Positions 51,837 to 63,873 of a DNA stretch of 64,000 nucleotides are shown here, piece after piece (positions within the stretch are counted from its first letter, which is position 1; each line of letters starts with the position of its first letter). Source of the DNA: Podarcis cretensis (taxonomy: Eukaryota); assembly GCA_951804945.1 (NCBI GenBank), contig OX638149.1, positions 58,218,001 through 58,282,000 on the forward strand. The letters run 5' to 3'. The translations under genes and the position numbers were made by a program. The notes beneath the pieces are model-generated. The model saw nothing but the letters and a program-made list of their open reading frames with translations, was not told where the DNA came from and ran no database searches.

Positions 51837-51874
<38 letters not shown>
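51837..51874 (+). repeat. (TAAG)9 microsatellite
   Basis: Perfect tetranucleotide run just after an AATAAA-containing AT-rich segment. Confidence 0.95.
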
Positions 51875-52101
51875 TTTTTACCATGATTCTAGAAATCTAT
51901 AAACTAGAAAAGCAGACTTGGAACATATGCATTTTTGACGATTTGCCTTCCCCTGTGCTTACTTCCTGCCCTGGATGTAGTTATACTCCCTCTAAAGGAG
52001 CATGTCTGTAGTCTGTGTGTGCTTCTGGATCCAGTCTGTGTGTGCAGTCTGGTTTCTCTCTGTGTATTTTGTCACTGTGGAACTCAGTGGCTTAGAGCAC
52101 C

Positions 52102-52745
52102 TTGCACCAGCTGCAACTGGTACATCGGCTGAAGTGGTTCCTGGACCTGGATAGCTTGACTGCAGTGGTCCAGGAACTGGTAACTTCAAAATTGGAGTAC
52201 TGGAATGCACTCTGCGTGGAGCTTCCCTTGAACTTGGTTTGGAAGCTGCAGTTAATGCAGAAGGCTGCAGCAAGATGGCTGACAGGCATGAGGACCTACT
52301 AGCATATTCCACCCTGCTCAGAGATCTGTATTGGCTGCTGATTTGTTACCAGGCCAACATTAGAATATAAAGCCCTCAGCGCCATGGGACCAGTTTACTT
52401 GAAGGATCATCTTGCCTCATACATGCCCTATGCCTGCTTTCATCTGTGGAACTTGCACTTTAACAAGAGCCATAAAATGGTTCATGATACATCTGCAATA
52501 AATCAATCTTTTAGGATGGCAGGACCTATTCTCAAGAACTCTCTGCCTATTAATGTCAGGCAGATCCCTTTATTGTACTGCTTTTGACACCTGCTAAAAA
52601 CTTCATTTTGGCAAGCCTACCCAGTCATGTAGTTTTGCCATGTATACTTGTTTTTAAATTCTGTTGATTCTATCTGTATTTTTATAAATGTATTTTAAAC
52701 TATTAACTGCTTAGAAGTTAGTTTTTGATATAGCAGTTTATTTTT
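52102..52745 (+). mobile_element. L2 LINE 3' fragment (decayed ORF2 C-terminus + UTR)
   Basis: LVHRLKWFLDLDSLTAVVQELVTSKLEYWNALCVELPLNLVWKLQLMQKAAARWLTG resembles the L2 motif VHALVTSRLDYCNALY.GLP...KLQLVQNAAARLLTG; stops and frameshifts downstream. Confidence 0.85.
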
Positions 52746-53719
52746 GTTGTTGTTGTTGTTGAAAAGTATTTTCCATGTGATTTAAAACAGAACCACCCAG
52801 ATATCACAACTTTTACCATTACTGGCCCCAATGCTCTCTTTAGCAATGACGAACTTTCACAAGCGAAGAAGAGCCAAGGTGTTTTATTTCTGATAACAGT
52901 GGCACCCAGGAATCCTCATCAAAATTCAGCCCTATTGCTTGAGGCAGCAACATTAACAAATCCTGTCCCAAAGAGCTCATACTTTATTTCAATATGTAAT
53001 GTGTTTTATCAGAAAGGCTCAGGGAAACTTGCATAAATATTTACACTTCTGTATAAAAGAAGAAGAAGAAGAAGAAGATCCCCAGCTCCACAGCCATGCC
53101 ACCTTATTTTTATTGTACGAGAGACGTCTTAAACTCAAACCCAAGAAATTCATGGTTGGCCAAGGTTTCAAACTCGGTTCTAGAATTATAGCCACTGGAC
53201 CTAAACATTCCCTTTCAATCACTGACTTTAAAACTCAGAGATTTTAGAGGAAAGAGGTTCAGTTTTGTGAGACGAAAGACTTACAGATGCACTTACAGAA
53301 CAAAACTTCTGGCTGGTGCCTTTACTGGTTACTAAGTTTTATTAATAGGAAATGCAGCATGTGTCTAGCTTCCCCCAATCTACATAAGAGGGTTCTGAGG
53401 TCCTGCTGCTCCCTGCCCACTTACAAGGTAGCTGAGGTATTACTGTTACCTTCATCAGTTGAAGTGGCTTGGATTCTACAGAGACAGTTCTATCTTCCAC
53501 CCCGCAGGTAGGTAGGGGTAAGAGTGATCTAGAGTAATGAAATTCAACCCTCCATTTCAGTCTCAATGACAGATGGGCATCACAATTAATTGGGGCTACT
53601 TTCAATATCAATGAGTAGCTATGCTTAATTAATAGGGGGTTATTTGTTTTGTTCTTGTTTTGATTATGCATTTTGTGTTTTATGTTGAATTCTGATGCTG
53701 TGAACCACCCTCAGATCTA

Positions 53720-54300
53720 CCGTATTTTTCGCTCCATAAGATGCACCAGACCATAAGGCGCACCTAGTTTTGGGAGGAGGAAAACAAGAAAAAAATTATT
53801 CTGAATCCCAGAAGCCAAAACAGCAAGAGGGATCTGGCTTCTGGGATAGCCTCTGGCTATTCTGGCTTCTGGGATAGCTGCGCCAAGCCTCTTCAGGGCA
53901 GCGGGATGAAGGCTCCCCCTGCCCGGAAGAGGCTGTGCAGGGTTAAGGCAGAAGCCAGGACAGCAAGCGGGATCGCTGTGCAGCGATCCCTCTTGCTGTC
54001 CTGGCTTCTGGGATAGCCGTGCCAAGCCTCTCCCGGGTAGCGGAATGAAGGCTCCCTCTGCCCAAAGAAGCCAGGAGCAGGCAGAAGCCAGGAGAGGTGC
54101 TTTGCGGAAGGGCCACTGCACAGCTTTCCCTCTATGCGCAGCGCCTCTTCTTCGCAGGAAAGGCGCTGCGCTGAGAGGGAGAACTGCGCAGCGCCCCTTT
54201 AGCGAAGCGGGAGGAGGAACAGAAGGAGCCTCTCTGTTCCTCCTTCGGCTTCCCAGGACAGGCACGTTGCTGAAGGGGCGCTGCGCTGCTCTCCCTCTCT
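53720..54300. mobile_element. One-ended Tc1/mariner-superfamily non-autonomous element with GC-rich internal repeats
   Basis: TA-CCGTATTTTTCGCTCCATAAGATGCACC left terminus; repeated GGCTTCTGGGATAGC and GCCAAGCCTCT...ATGAAGGCTCCC blocks; no right TIR seen. Confidence 0.65.
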
Positions 54301-56159
54301 ATTTTTGAGCTATTTTTGAGAATCAGGCTTTTCTCTCTGTCTCTCTCCCTATACAAGTTGACAGAGAGATCATTCTCTTCATTAACTATCTGCCCAGGTG
54401 CACATGCATGTAGGTGATGATGATGAAGATTTTTAAAAAGGTAACCTTTCAAGGACCAGCCACTTTCCATACTGTATGATAAGGAAAGACATTACGGTCC
54501 ACATAACTAAAGAGTCTAGCATTTTTTATCGCACTTCGTAGTGGCATGTAGCATGGAATACCACTATAAACAAGGGAGAGAAGCATTTCGTGCCCCTTGA
54601 GCAGCACCCATGTTTGCAAAAAAAATACCAATATTTATTTTTATTCTATTTTTTGATATTTTTGTATGCTTCACTCTGGAGCACAAGGCAGCCTCACATA
54701 AGAAACCATTGAACAACCTTCTAAAATAAACAACAGTGACAAAATATTTACATTTCATTAATAATATGGCTGCTGCAAATGAAAGGAATCAGCTTGTATG
54801 CATGAACCACCGCTCATTTCCTGTTTTAGAAGGTACAAAGACAGAACTGGGAACTGGAGTACTGCTTGCCCTCAGGTCTCTGTTGACAGGTCTCTTGCCC
54901 TACAGGAGCTGACAATTACCAACACAAAACTAGGTTGTGAGAGGCCTAGACAATTGCGTGTGTGCCTGTGTGTTAAAATGATAAGGCAAGACAGGAATCC
55001 AGTGTGATAACAAAGAAAAATATAAGATCAGGATGAGTAACAGATGATGATATTGTCTGGAACGTATCAATTTGTTTAGAGAAGGCTGTGCATGATGCCG
55101 AATAAATGAAAGGACGTTTCAGGAATCTCTGAACATAAATGTTTATATCCTATAAAAATAAATGGCCACAAATAAGAAGGGAAGGATCAAGTGCAGATTA
55201 GTTGCAGTATACAAACTGAGAGGCCCAGCGGTCTTCACCCCTCTTTTTAACTGCTGAGCGGGTAATTAAATTAGCAAAGGCATCTCTGATAAATGTGTGC
55301 AATCACATGAACTCACCACGAAATAAAAAAGGACAAATGTTTCAATAATTAAGGACCAGAAAGGGGGACAGTGTGCAAGTACACTGAAGTAGAACACACT
55401 TGGTTTCTATCTCTGTGTGTATTTTGGTTTGTTTTACAGAAACGCATCAGGAAGTAGAGCATTTTAGTTTGTACAATGTATATGAGCAATTTCTATTGCA
55501 GATTACACAGGTCTGGAGCTGAGACACTCTAATTAGTCCTGTTTCAGGGCATACAGTGAGGCCACCATTTAGACCTCACTGCTTAATTTGTGATTGATCA
55601 AACCTAGTCATGTACTATTGAGACTTTCACTCCATTCCTGAATTCAAGGCAGGCAATAAACCAGAACTATAAAGCATCTTGTAGACTGCTATATCTAACT
55701 CATGGACTGTATTTGGCTTGGTGGGTTCATACACTTATGCATGCCTTACTGGGCATAGCACAACTTTAGCATTTCAGACTGAAGCAAAGTTTGAAAACCA
55801 AATGGAAGCAAAAGAGGACTGATGGTAACTAGAAGAAAAACAAAAAGGGGTTTTGATTGGGGTTTTTGTACTTTATAGTCTTTTCCAGGAAATACTATTT
55901 GTTCATAAAAGAAAAGAAAAGAAAGAAGAATGGCTGCTATGGGACAGAATTTATTATGCAGTTCTTTTCTACATGAGGCAGGCATGTGTGTAGATAATTA
56001 GCACTATGTTCTAAGTTTGGAAGTAAATAACATTGCATGTGCTCAACAACTTGAGTCCAGGATACCATAAGAACTGCCTGAGCCTTTATTATCTCAGCTC
56101 ATTCACTGAGATTTATCTGGAAGAGCACTGAGAGTTGTCCTCCATGTTTCAGAGACCCA

Positions 56160-56420
56160 ATTGGCCTCAACTAGAAGTTAGGCATTTAGAGCCACTGGTC
56201 CCATGATCTGGAACCCTCTTTCAGCAAAGATCTGGCAGGGATGCTCACTTTTTACTTTCAGGCATCTACTGAAGATTTTTTTATGCTGACAGGCCTATGT
56301 AGCTGCTAGAAGCATTTTTGACTGGACAACCATTTTATAATTGTTTTGTACTGATTTTAATGATGTTTTGTGTTTTATTGTTTTACGGTGCCCTGATATT
56401 ATAAATGGTAAGTATTTATT
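56160..56420 (+). mobile_element. Old L2 LINE 3' relic
   Basis: AGGCATTT...GATCTGGAACCCTCTT...TTCAGGCATCTACTGAAGA...ACAGGCCTAT followed by a T-rich UTR. Confidence 0.5.
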
Positions 56421-57844
56421 TTTTAAAAAAACCTTTATAAAAAATAAATTGGTACACTCTGAACGTCTTCTCAAATCTAAAGATCACAGTGAGCTCCCAC
56501 CTTGTACCAATTTCAATACTGTTTTTGCTTACATACTTATAAGCAATTCACAGCAGATCCATCCAAATCTTTCAGTGGAGATAAGCAGCCTTATTTATGC
56601 TAGCACAGCTGTTCTATACAACGTAAGAGACATTATTTTGGATACTAGAGGGATAATGAATTTCTGCCTCAAAATGTCATACCTCTTTGTTTAGATTCAC
56701 AGTGACAGATAGAGCTATCCAAATCACCAGTCTGCCATGCTGGATGTCTTTGGGGTGGAATGGAGGTGATTTCCTGCCCAGTCCTGCTCAACTCTGCCAG
56801 ACTTTGCCAGCAAGGAAGCTCTGCTATCATCAAGGAAGCCCCAGTGGTGTGGAGCATCCTGTTATGTCCACCCAAATGGTGGGTGGGCAGGCAAAAGCTA
56901 CCATTCAGGACACCCCCAACAGTGCAAGCCAGCAGAACAGCCCCTGAACAGGCCATTTCAGGAGTGGGACTGGGAAGGCACAGGTTGTGCTCGATCCGAT
57001 AAGGACCCTGCTGTTGTCATGTGACAAGAACACACCCAAACTGGGCCTCTATGCTTCACCAACCGGGGAGTGGTGCCCCATAATCACCCGTTGGCCTTGC
57101 CAGCATGAGTTCTGGGGCTGTGAATGTGGCACTGCTTGCGCTGTTCCATCAAGTCCTTCTGATGCCGACCAGGGGTTATGATTCCATCTTAATTTTATAA
57201 GATTAGACACCATAAAAAGAAATGTGTTTCTACCCATTTCCAAGGCTTTGACAGCAGGCTGCCTATACCAGCTTTCCATAGAGCCTCCAGGGGTGAGATT
57301 TATTTTATAATGAGTTGTGCCAGAAGATGTTTATTAATAGCCTCTTTGACAAAGTATTTTTACCAACAGGTAGCCTAGGTGTTCGAGGTTATGATGAGGA
57401 GTAATGCAAGCAGCAAGCAGCCCTGGCTGTTCCTGGCTGTCTTTGTTGAGTGACCAAAGTCATTCTTTGCACTCTTCTGCTTTCTGAAGCCTCTTTGTGC
57501 TCATTTACTGTGTCCTTTCGGTACTTAGAACTCAGCAGGACGAGCTGAGAGATGATGGTCCACAGAATCTATTCAAAAAATGTGCTTTGGGAAGATGAGG
57601 CTTTCTAATGAAAAAGCTAATTCTAATCTGGGCAATGATATTTACAATTTATACACCAATATCCAATGTCATTTAGCAAATAAGGAACTGGCCTAGAAAA
57701 ACAATCCAAAAAGACTTACTTCTAATCAATAGGTATAACCACTACTCTGAATTCCCTGACACACAGAAATATAGTTCATACAGGTCAGAATGTGAAATGA
57801 TTTTTTGACTGATGAAATAGTGAAATTGAATGTAAGAAGATAAT

Positions 57845-58058
57845 GGCTTGGATCCTAAATTGTTCCTCTGTTCACGTAAGGGGTGGGGAGGGGTGATTCC
57901 CATCTAATCTCTGCTCAGACCATTTTCATGGTCCTCCCATCCCAAGAGCATTTTGTGAGGGGACAAGGGATTGCAGAGTTAAGCAGGAGGCAGGGAAGCT
58001 CTGCTGTGTGAAAAATGAACTCTGTCCTGTACAAGGAAGGAAAATTAGGATCCAAGTC
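57845..58058. repeat. Old palindromic MITE-like relic
   Basis: Terminal inverted repeats GCTTGGATCCTAA / TTAGGATCCAAGT with weaker internal symmetry. Confidence 0.45.
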
Positions 58059-58802
58059 AATGTATTTCTTTAGAACAAAAGGACAAATACATCACCCTAA
58101 CAGCCTCCTGTGTTTTGACCCCTGAGCTAATCTTATTAAGAGACAGGTTACTAGGCCCTTTGTTGGCAAATGGCACATTAATGAGATCTCCTTGAAATAA
58201 TCCCATCTCTACTACGCAGAGAAAATTACATTTTCCAGTATGATTATTATGTCACTCAAACACCTCAACTCCAGCATTCAGTGCTTCTCTCCAAATTATA
58301 GCGCAGCTTGCCAGGCAGCAAATAAAACCTCTGAAAAAGAAGGGCTTTTTTGAAGAGGGGGGTGCAAGGAAATAAAAAGCAGGGGGTGCAATAGAGGGAC
58401 TATGGCAAAGATAATTGCACTTTTAAATGAAGTCCCAAACAGTGATGCTTTGTTAGTTGAGTCACACAGATCCCTTTGTCTGAAGCAGGAGTCTAAGAAA
58501 CAAACCAACAGATTGGGCAGAATTAGGTCACTAACTTCACAAAAACGACATTCACCAGCATAAAACCATTCCTCAGGAACCTCTACAGGCTTTCGCACGC
58601 GTGTCTCATGAAGGTAAGTATGCTACAAAACTCACCTTAGCAAATAGCCTATATGCCATTCTACCCATCAAGATGACTTGAAAGGTTATGATTAGCTCAT
58701 TTGCACTGCAACGTTCCTCCAAGGAGCTTTAAGTGACTTTTGTACAGTCTATCCCCTTGTATCATTACAAAAGCCGGGAGAGAGGCTAGATTAAGAGGTG
58801 AT

Positions 58803-61800
58803 CCCAACATGGATAAGTCACAAAGTCAAAATGTTACAAAGGACGGCAGACTACCAAAGACCTTTTTCGAAATGACAGACAATATGGACTTGATTGATAT
58901 CTGGAGGATAAAGAACCCCTTGGGAAGAGAGGAAACATTCTTCTCTGAAGCCCAACTGACTTGGACAAGAATCGACCAAATATGGATATCTAGAGGTCTG
59001 GCACCCAAGGTTAGAAAGGTGGAAATCTGCGCAAAGACCTGCTCCGACCATAATGCAGTAAAAATGGACATGACACTAATACCAACCGGCTCCTTTAGAT
59101 GGAAGATGAATGACAATTTGTTTAGAGATCAGGAGATTGTTGAGAAGGCCCAAAAAGCCTTGAAGGACTATTTTGAGATAAACATGAACACTACGATGGA
59201 AAAAAGAACTATCTGGGACGCAAGTAAGGCTGTAATGAGGGGGTTCTTGATACAACAGAATGCTGTAAAGAAAAGGAGACAAAGTGAGAGGAAAGATAAG
59301 ATATTGGAGAAAATTAAAGAATTGGAGAAGAAGTTAAGATCGAATCCGAAGTTACAGCCAATCCTGAGAGAAATCAAACTTCACCAAGCACAATATTCTA
59401 AATTGATAAACCAGGAAATAGAGTGGAAGATTAAATTAATGAAACAAAAAACTTTTGAATCGGCAAATAAATGTGGGAAACTGCTAGCTTGGCAGTTGAA
59501 GAGGAGACAAAAATTAAATACAGTTACAAATTTAGAAATTGAAGGAAGAAACATTCAGAACCCTGTGGAGATCAGAAAGTGCTTCCAAAGATATTTCAAA
59601 AGATTATATACTCAAGGGCCGCAAGATGAGGTTGAGATTAAACAATTTCTGGAAAAAAATGGACTAAAAAGATTGTCACAAGAAAATAGATCAATCCTGA
59701 ATTGCAAAATAACAAGACAAGAGATTGAACAAGCCATTCAAAACATGCAATTGGGCAAATCCCCAGGGCCAGATGGGCTGACCTCCAAGTACTACAAGAC
59801 ATTAAAAGACTATTTGATACAACCACTGATGGAGGTCAGCAATGAAATTATGGAGGGGAAGAAGGCGCCGGAATCGTGGAAAGAAGCTTTTATCACATTG
59901 ATACCAAAATCGGAAGCTGAAAAGACACAACTCAAGAACTATCGTCCCATCTCTCTTTTAAATGTGGATTACAAAATATTTGCAGACGTTTTGGCAAGTA
60001 GACTCAAAAAAGTATTAAATGAAGTAATTCATAAAGACCAGGCAGGCTTTCTCCCAGGTAGACACTTGTTTGCTAACACAAGGAATATCATTGACATTTT
60101 GGAACTTTTGCAAACAGATATAAATACAAAAGCAGTGTTAATTTTTATAGATGCGGAGAAGGCCTTTGACAATATCTCTTGGAAATTTATGAAGGGAAAT
60201 TTAAAAGAAATGGGAGTGGGACGGGGTTTTGAGAATGGGATTGATGCAATATATTCAGAACAAAAAGCCAAATTGATAGTTAACAATGTGGTTACAGAAG
60301 AGTTTAAAATGGAAAAAGGAACACGACAAGGCTGCCCTATTTCCCCTTTGCTATTTATCTCGGTTCTGGAGGTGCTCCTGAACATGATCAGAGGGGACCG
60401 GTGGGTGGAAGGAATCCAGGTCGGAGTGAAACAATACAAACTCAAAGCTTTTGCAGATGACCTAGTTTTGACTTTACAGGAGCCAGAATCTAGTACGAAA
60501 AGAGTGTTACAATTGATTCAAGAATTTGGTCGGGTGGCGGGATTTAAATTAAACAAACAAAAAACTAAGGTGTTGGGAAAAAAATTGACAGATACAGAGT
60601 CGGAACGGTTTCAGAGAGAGACAGAACTAACTGTGGTTAAAAAAGTAAAGTACCTAGGGGTAAATATAACAGCAAAAAATTTGAGTCTTTTTAAGGATAA
60701 TTATGAAAAATGTTGGTCTGAAATTAAAAGAGACCTAGACAGTTGGACAAAATTGAAACTTTCCTTGTTAGGCCGAATTGCCGCTATTAAGATGAATGTA
60801 TTGCCAAAAATGTTGTTTTTGTTTCAAACGCTACAGATTGTGGACAAGACGGAGTGCTTCCGGAAGTGGCAGAGAGATATCTCTAAGTTTGTCTGGCAGG
60901 GCAAAAAGCCCAGAATTAAGTTTAAGATATTAACTGACGCGAAAGAAAGAGGGGGCTTTGCCCTGCCGGACTTAAAGTTGTACTATGAGGCCGCAGCTTT
61001 CTGCTGGCTAAAAGACTGGCTACTTCTCGAGGACACTGACGTTTTGGATTTGGAAGGTTTTAACAATGCTTTTGGATGGCATGCATACTTATGGTATGAC
61101 AAGGTTAAGATCAATAAGGCCTTTAAGAATCATATTGTCAGAAAAGCAGTGTTTAATGTCTGGACAAAATATAAAGACTTATTGGAAAATAAAACTCCAA
61201 GGTGGCTTTCACCACTGGAAGCTAAGGCCCGAAAAAAACCCAATATGGAGGTCAAAATATGGCCAAAATATTGGGAAATACTAGAAAAAGATGGAGACAA
61301 TTGGAAATTGCAGAGTTTGGAGAAAATGAAGGACAAAGTGCGAGACTGGTTACACTACGCTCAGATTAAAGAAGTCTTTAAAAATGACAAAAAGTTAGGG
61401 TTCCAGGTGGAGAAATCGAAATTGGAAACAGAACTGTTAGAACCTAAGGCTAAGGTACTTTCAAGAATGTATAACTTGCTGTTAAAATGGAACACACAAG
61501 ATGAAATGGTTAAATCGGCTATGATAAAATGGGCACAGGATATTGGGTACAACATTATGTTTGAGGACTGGGAAAGGTTGTGGACCACTGGGTTGAACTT
61601 CACTGCATGTAATGCTTTGAAGGAAAATGTAATGAAAATGATATATAGATGGTACATGACCCCAGTCAAGCTTGCAAAGATATACCATGTGTCTGATAAT
61701 AAATGTTGGAAATGTAAAGAAGCTGAAGGAACATTCTTTCACCTCTGGTGGACTTGCCCTAGAGTGAAGGTTTTCTGGGAAATGATTTATAATGAACTGA

Positions 61801-62410
61801 AAAAAGTATTTAAGTATACTTTCCCTAAGAAACCAGAGGCCTTCCTCCTGGGTATTGTCGGCCAGAGGGTGATAAAGAAGGACAGGACTTTTTTCATGTA
61901 TGCAACAACGGCAGCAAGGATACTCATCGCTAAGCACTGGAAAACCCAAGATCTACCCACACTGGAAGAATGGCAGATGCAACTGATAGACTATATGGAA
62001 TTGGCTGAGATGACCGGCAGAATCCGAGACCTGGGAGAAGAGAGGGTTGAAGAAGACTGGAAGAAATTAAGGTGTTATTTACAAAAACACTGTAATTTAA
62101 TTGGATGTTAAGAAGGATGCCAGATCATAAACAATTGAGCACCACTAAATTAGACGTAATCTGGATGATAAATGAGATTGAGGAAAATATAATTTTTTTG
62201 GAGAATTATTAGACTAAATTAAATGAATGAGACTTAAGAATGTAAACAAGTTGATAAATTGCTGGAAAAAGTTTTATAATGATGCAAGTGGGAGCGGGGG
62301 ACGTGAGGGAGTCCAAAGAAGCTTTGAAAATATGTTATGACACATGTCTTATTGTTTATTATTTTGGCACTTTTGTATTTAAAAATCTCAATAAATATTT
62401 TAAAAAAAAA
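58803..62410 (+). mobile_element. Young 5'-truncated L1-clade LINE insertion
   Basis: Perfect 16-bp TSD TAGATTAAGAGGTGAT (58787-58802 and 62411-62426); AATAAA at 62390-62395; A-tail at 62402-62410; no ORF1 or 5' UTR. Confidence 0.96.
58809..62111 (+). CDS. L1-clade ORF2 polyprotein (partial APE endonuclease, reverse transcriptase, CCHC finger), N-terminally truncated, about 1100 aa from first ATG
   Basis: Motifs DIWR..NP, TRIDQIW, SDHNAV (EN C-terminal half); KSPGPDG, NYRPISLLNVDYKI, DQAGF, IDAEKAFD, GTRQGCPISPLLF, FADD, YLGV (RT); CWKC-x8-H-x4-C. The frame is open from 58740, but 58740-58802 is flank/TSD. Confidence 0.93.
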   Translation: MDKSQSQNVTKDGRLPKTFFEMTDNMDLIDIWRIKNPLGREETFFSEAQLTWTRIDQIWISRGLAPKVRKVEICAKTCSDHNAVKMDMTLIPTGSFRWKMNDNLFRDQEIVEKAQKALKDYFEINMNTTMEKRTIWDASKAVMRGFLIQQNAVKKRRQSERKDKILEKIKELEKKLRSNPKLQPILREIKLHQAQYSKLINQEIEWKIKLMKQKTFESANKCGKLLAWQLKRRQKLNTVTNLEIEGRNIQNPVEIRKCFQRYFKRLYTQGPQDEVEIKQFLEKNGLKRLSQENRSILNCKITRQEIEQAIQNMQLGKSPGPDGLTSKYYKTLKDYLIQPLMEVSNEIMEGKKAPESWKEAFITLIPKSEAEKTQLKNYRPISLLNVDYKIFADVLASRLKKVLNEVIHKDQAGFLPGRHLFANTRNIIDILELLQTDINTKAVLIFIDAEKAFDNISWKFMKGNLKEMGVGRGFENGIDAIYSEQKAKLIVNNVVTEEFKMEKGTRQGCPISPLLFISVLEVLLNMIRGDRWVEGIQVGVKQYKLKAFADDLVLTLQEPESSTKRVLQLIQEFGRVAGFKLNKQKTKVLGKKLTDTESERFQRETELTVVKKVKYLGVNITAKNLSLFKDNYEKCWSEIKRDLDSWTKLKLSLLGRIAAIKMNVLPKMLFLFQTLQIVDKTECFRKWQRDISKFVWQGKKPRIKFKILTDAKERGGFALPDLKLYYEAAAFCWLKDWLLLEDTDVLDLEGFNNAFGWHAYLWYDKVKINKAFKNHIVRKAVFNVWTKYKDLLENKTPRWLSPLEAKARKKPNMEVKIWPKYWEILEKDGDNWKLQSLEKMKDKVRDWLHYAQIKEVFKNDKKLGFQVEKSKLETELLEPKAKVLSRMYNLLLKWNTQDEMVKSAMIKWAQDIGYNIMFEDWERLWTTGLNFTACNALKENVMKMIYRWYMTPVKLAKIYHVSDNKCWKCKEAEGTFFHLWWTCPRVKVFWEMIYNELKKVFKYTFPKKPEAFLLGIVGQRVIKKDRTFFMYATTAARILIAKHWKTQDLPTLEEWQMQLIDYMELAEMTGRIRDLGEERVEEDWKKLRCYLQKHCNLIGC

Positions 62411-63236
62411 TAGATTAAGAGGTGATGATGAGTTTGGGAACTAAAGCTGAAGGTTCTGGCAGTAGAAATCTGCAAGCGGAGAACTGTCCAAATTTCTACA
62501 GTGAAACTCCTACAGGTGGCAAGATAGTGGTGATGCAGCTTTCAACCCAATGCAGACTAGGGTCTCATTGATTCTCAAGCTCTTGATTCTGGATGGGCTT
62601 CCTGGTTCAGGTGTAGACAGGTTGTCCGATTCCTTCACTGAAACACCTGCCTTGCTCCAGGTCCCCAGTGAGCTTCACGGTCAAACACAAATCTGACCCC
62701 AGGTCTTCCTGGCCTAAGCCTGCCAGCAACACACAAAGAATGGATGCCAATCCATACCAGCAGCATCCCTCCCTTCCTCCATTCTTTTATATTATGTTAG
62801 TCCCCTTTTCAGCAATCAGATGAGCTAGTTTAGATGGCAGAGTGGATCATTATCTCCCCCACCTCTCACATGCCCAGTTTGACAGGAAGGCATCAGATGT
62901 TGGGTGGGTGCAGCTTGGCCAAAATCGCCTTTCAGGTCAAGTGAGGAAACCTGGTGGGCTTAATTAGGTTCCCCACCTGCAAACTAAATATTGCCATGCT
63001 TCATTTTATTTCCAGGACACTAAAAGATATGGGATACTTATTTTATCAAGTATCTATGAGAAAGGCAGCAAGCATCAAACCCTCATCAGGATACCCAAAA
63101 AGCCCACACTACAATTTTATTCCTAGTCAACAAATGCAGGCTACCACTCCCATGGCCAGAGGGAGTAATACCATGTTGGGACACCATGTTGGATATTCCT
63201 GCCTTAATATGCAATTGCTAAGACAGATCAGAAGTA

Positions 63237-63873
63237 CAGTGTTACCTTGGTTCTCAAACTTAATCCATTCTGGAAGTCTTTCCAAAACCAAAGCATTCAA
63301 AAACCAAGGCGCGCTTTCCTATAGAAAGTAATGCAAAAAGGATTGATCCGATCCAGACTTTTAAAAACAACCTCTAAAACAGCAATTTAACATGATTTTT
63401 ATTATCTAATGAGACTGTTGATCCATAAAATGAAAGCAATAATCAATGTACTGAACTATGTATTGTAGATGATAAAAATTAAAATTAATTCTTTTTCTTG
63501 CCCACACTGATGATAGTCATTGTTTGGATGGGGGCTTTTAGCCATTTCTGCAGTCACGCAATCAAGCAATCAGTAGCTGAACTGAGTTCCACACGGTCAC
63601 AAAACCAAATTCACCGGAAAAGACTCAAAAACAAAAATGCAAAATAAATAGCAAAAACAAAAGTGGCAAACTTAATCCGTTCCAGAAGTCCATTTGACTT
63701 CTGAAATGTTCGAAAACCAAGGCGCAACTTCTGATTGGTGCAGGTGCCCCAGAAACAATAGCCAACAACCACATTGGACGTTTGGCTTCCAAAAAAAATT
63801 CAAAAACCGGAACACTTACTTCCAGGTTTTCGGCGTTTGAGTACCTAGGCGATTGAGAACCAAGGCACTACTG
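63237..63873. mobile_element. Tc1/mariner non-autonomous element, family B (long form, 637 bp)
   Basis: TA-CAGTGTTACCTTGGTTCTCAA...TTGAGAACCAAGGCACTACTG-TA; internal repeat AAACTTAATCC(A/G)TTC. Confidence 0.85.

Noticed and set aside
53717-54470. GC-rich ORFs of 182, 87 and 112 aa
   Set aside because: Open only because the transposon interior is GC-rich; no transposase DDE or HTH motif
58740-58802. N-terminal 21 codons of the 1123-aa ORF
   Set aside because: TTG start in flanking DNA and TSD; not part of the element
58608-58810. Host exon spliced in-frame to L1 ORF2 (donor 58614, acceptor 58747)
   Set aside because: Joining ORF2 needs a phase-2 donor, and that frame has TGA just before the donor; the ATG-AAG frame stops at TAG in the TSD
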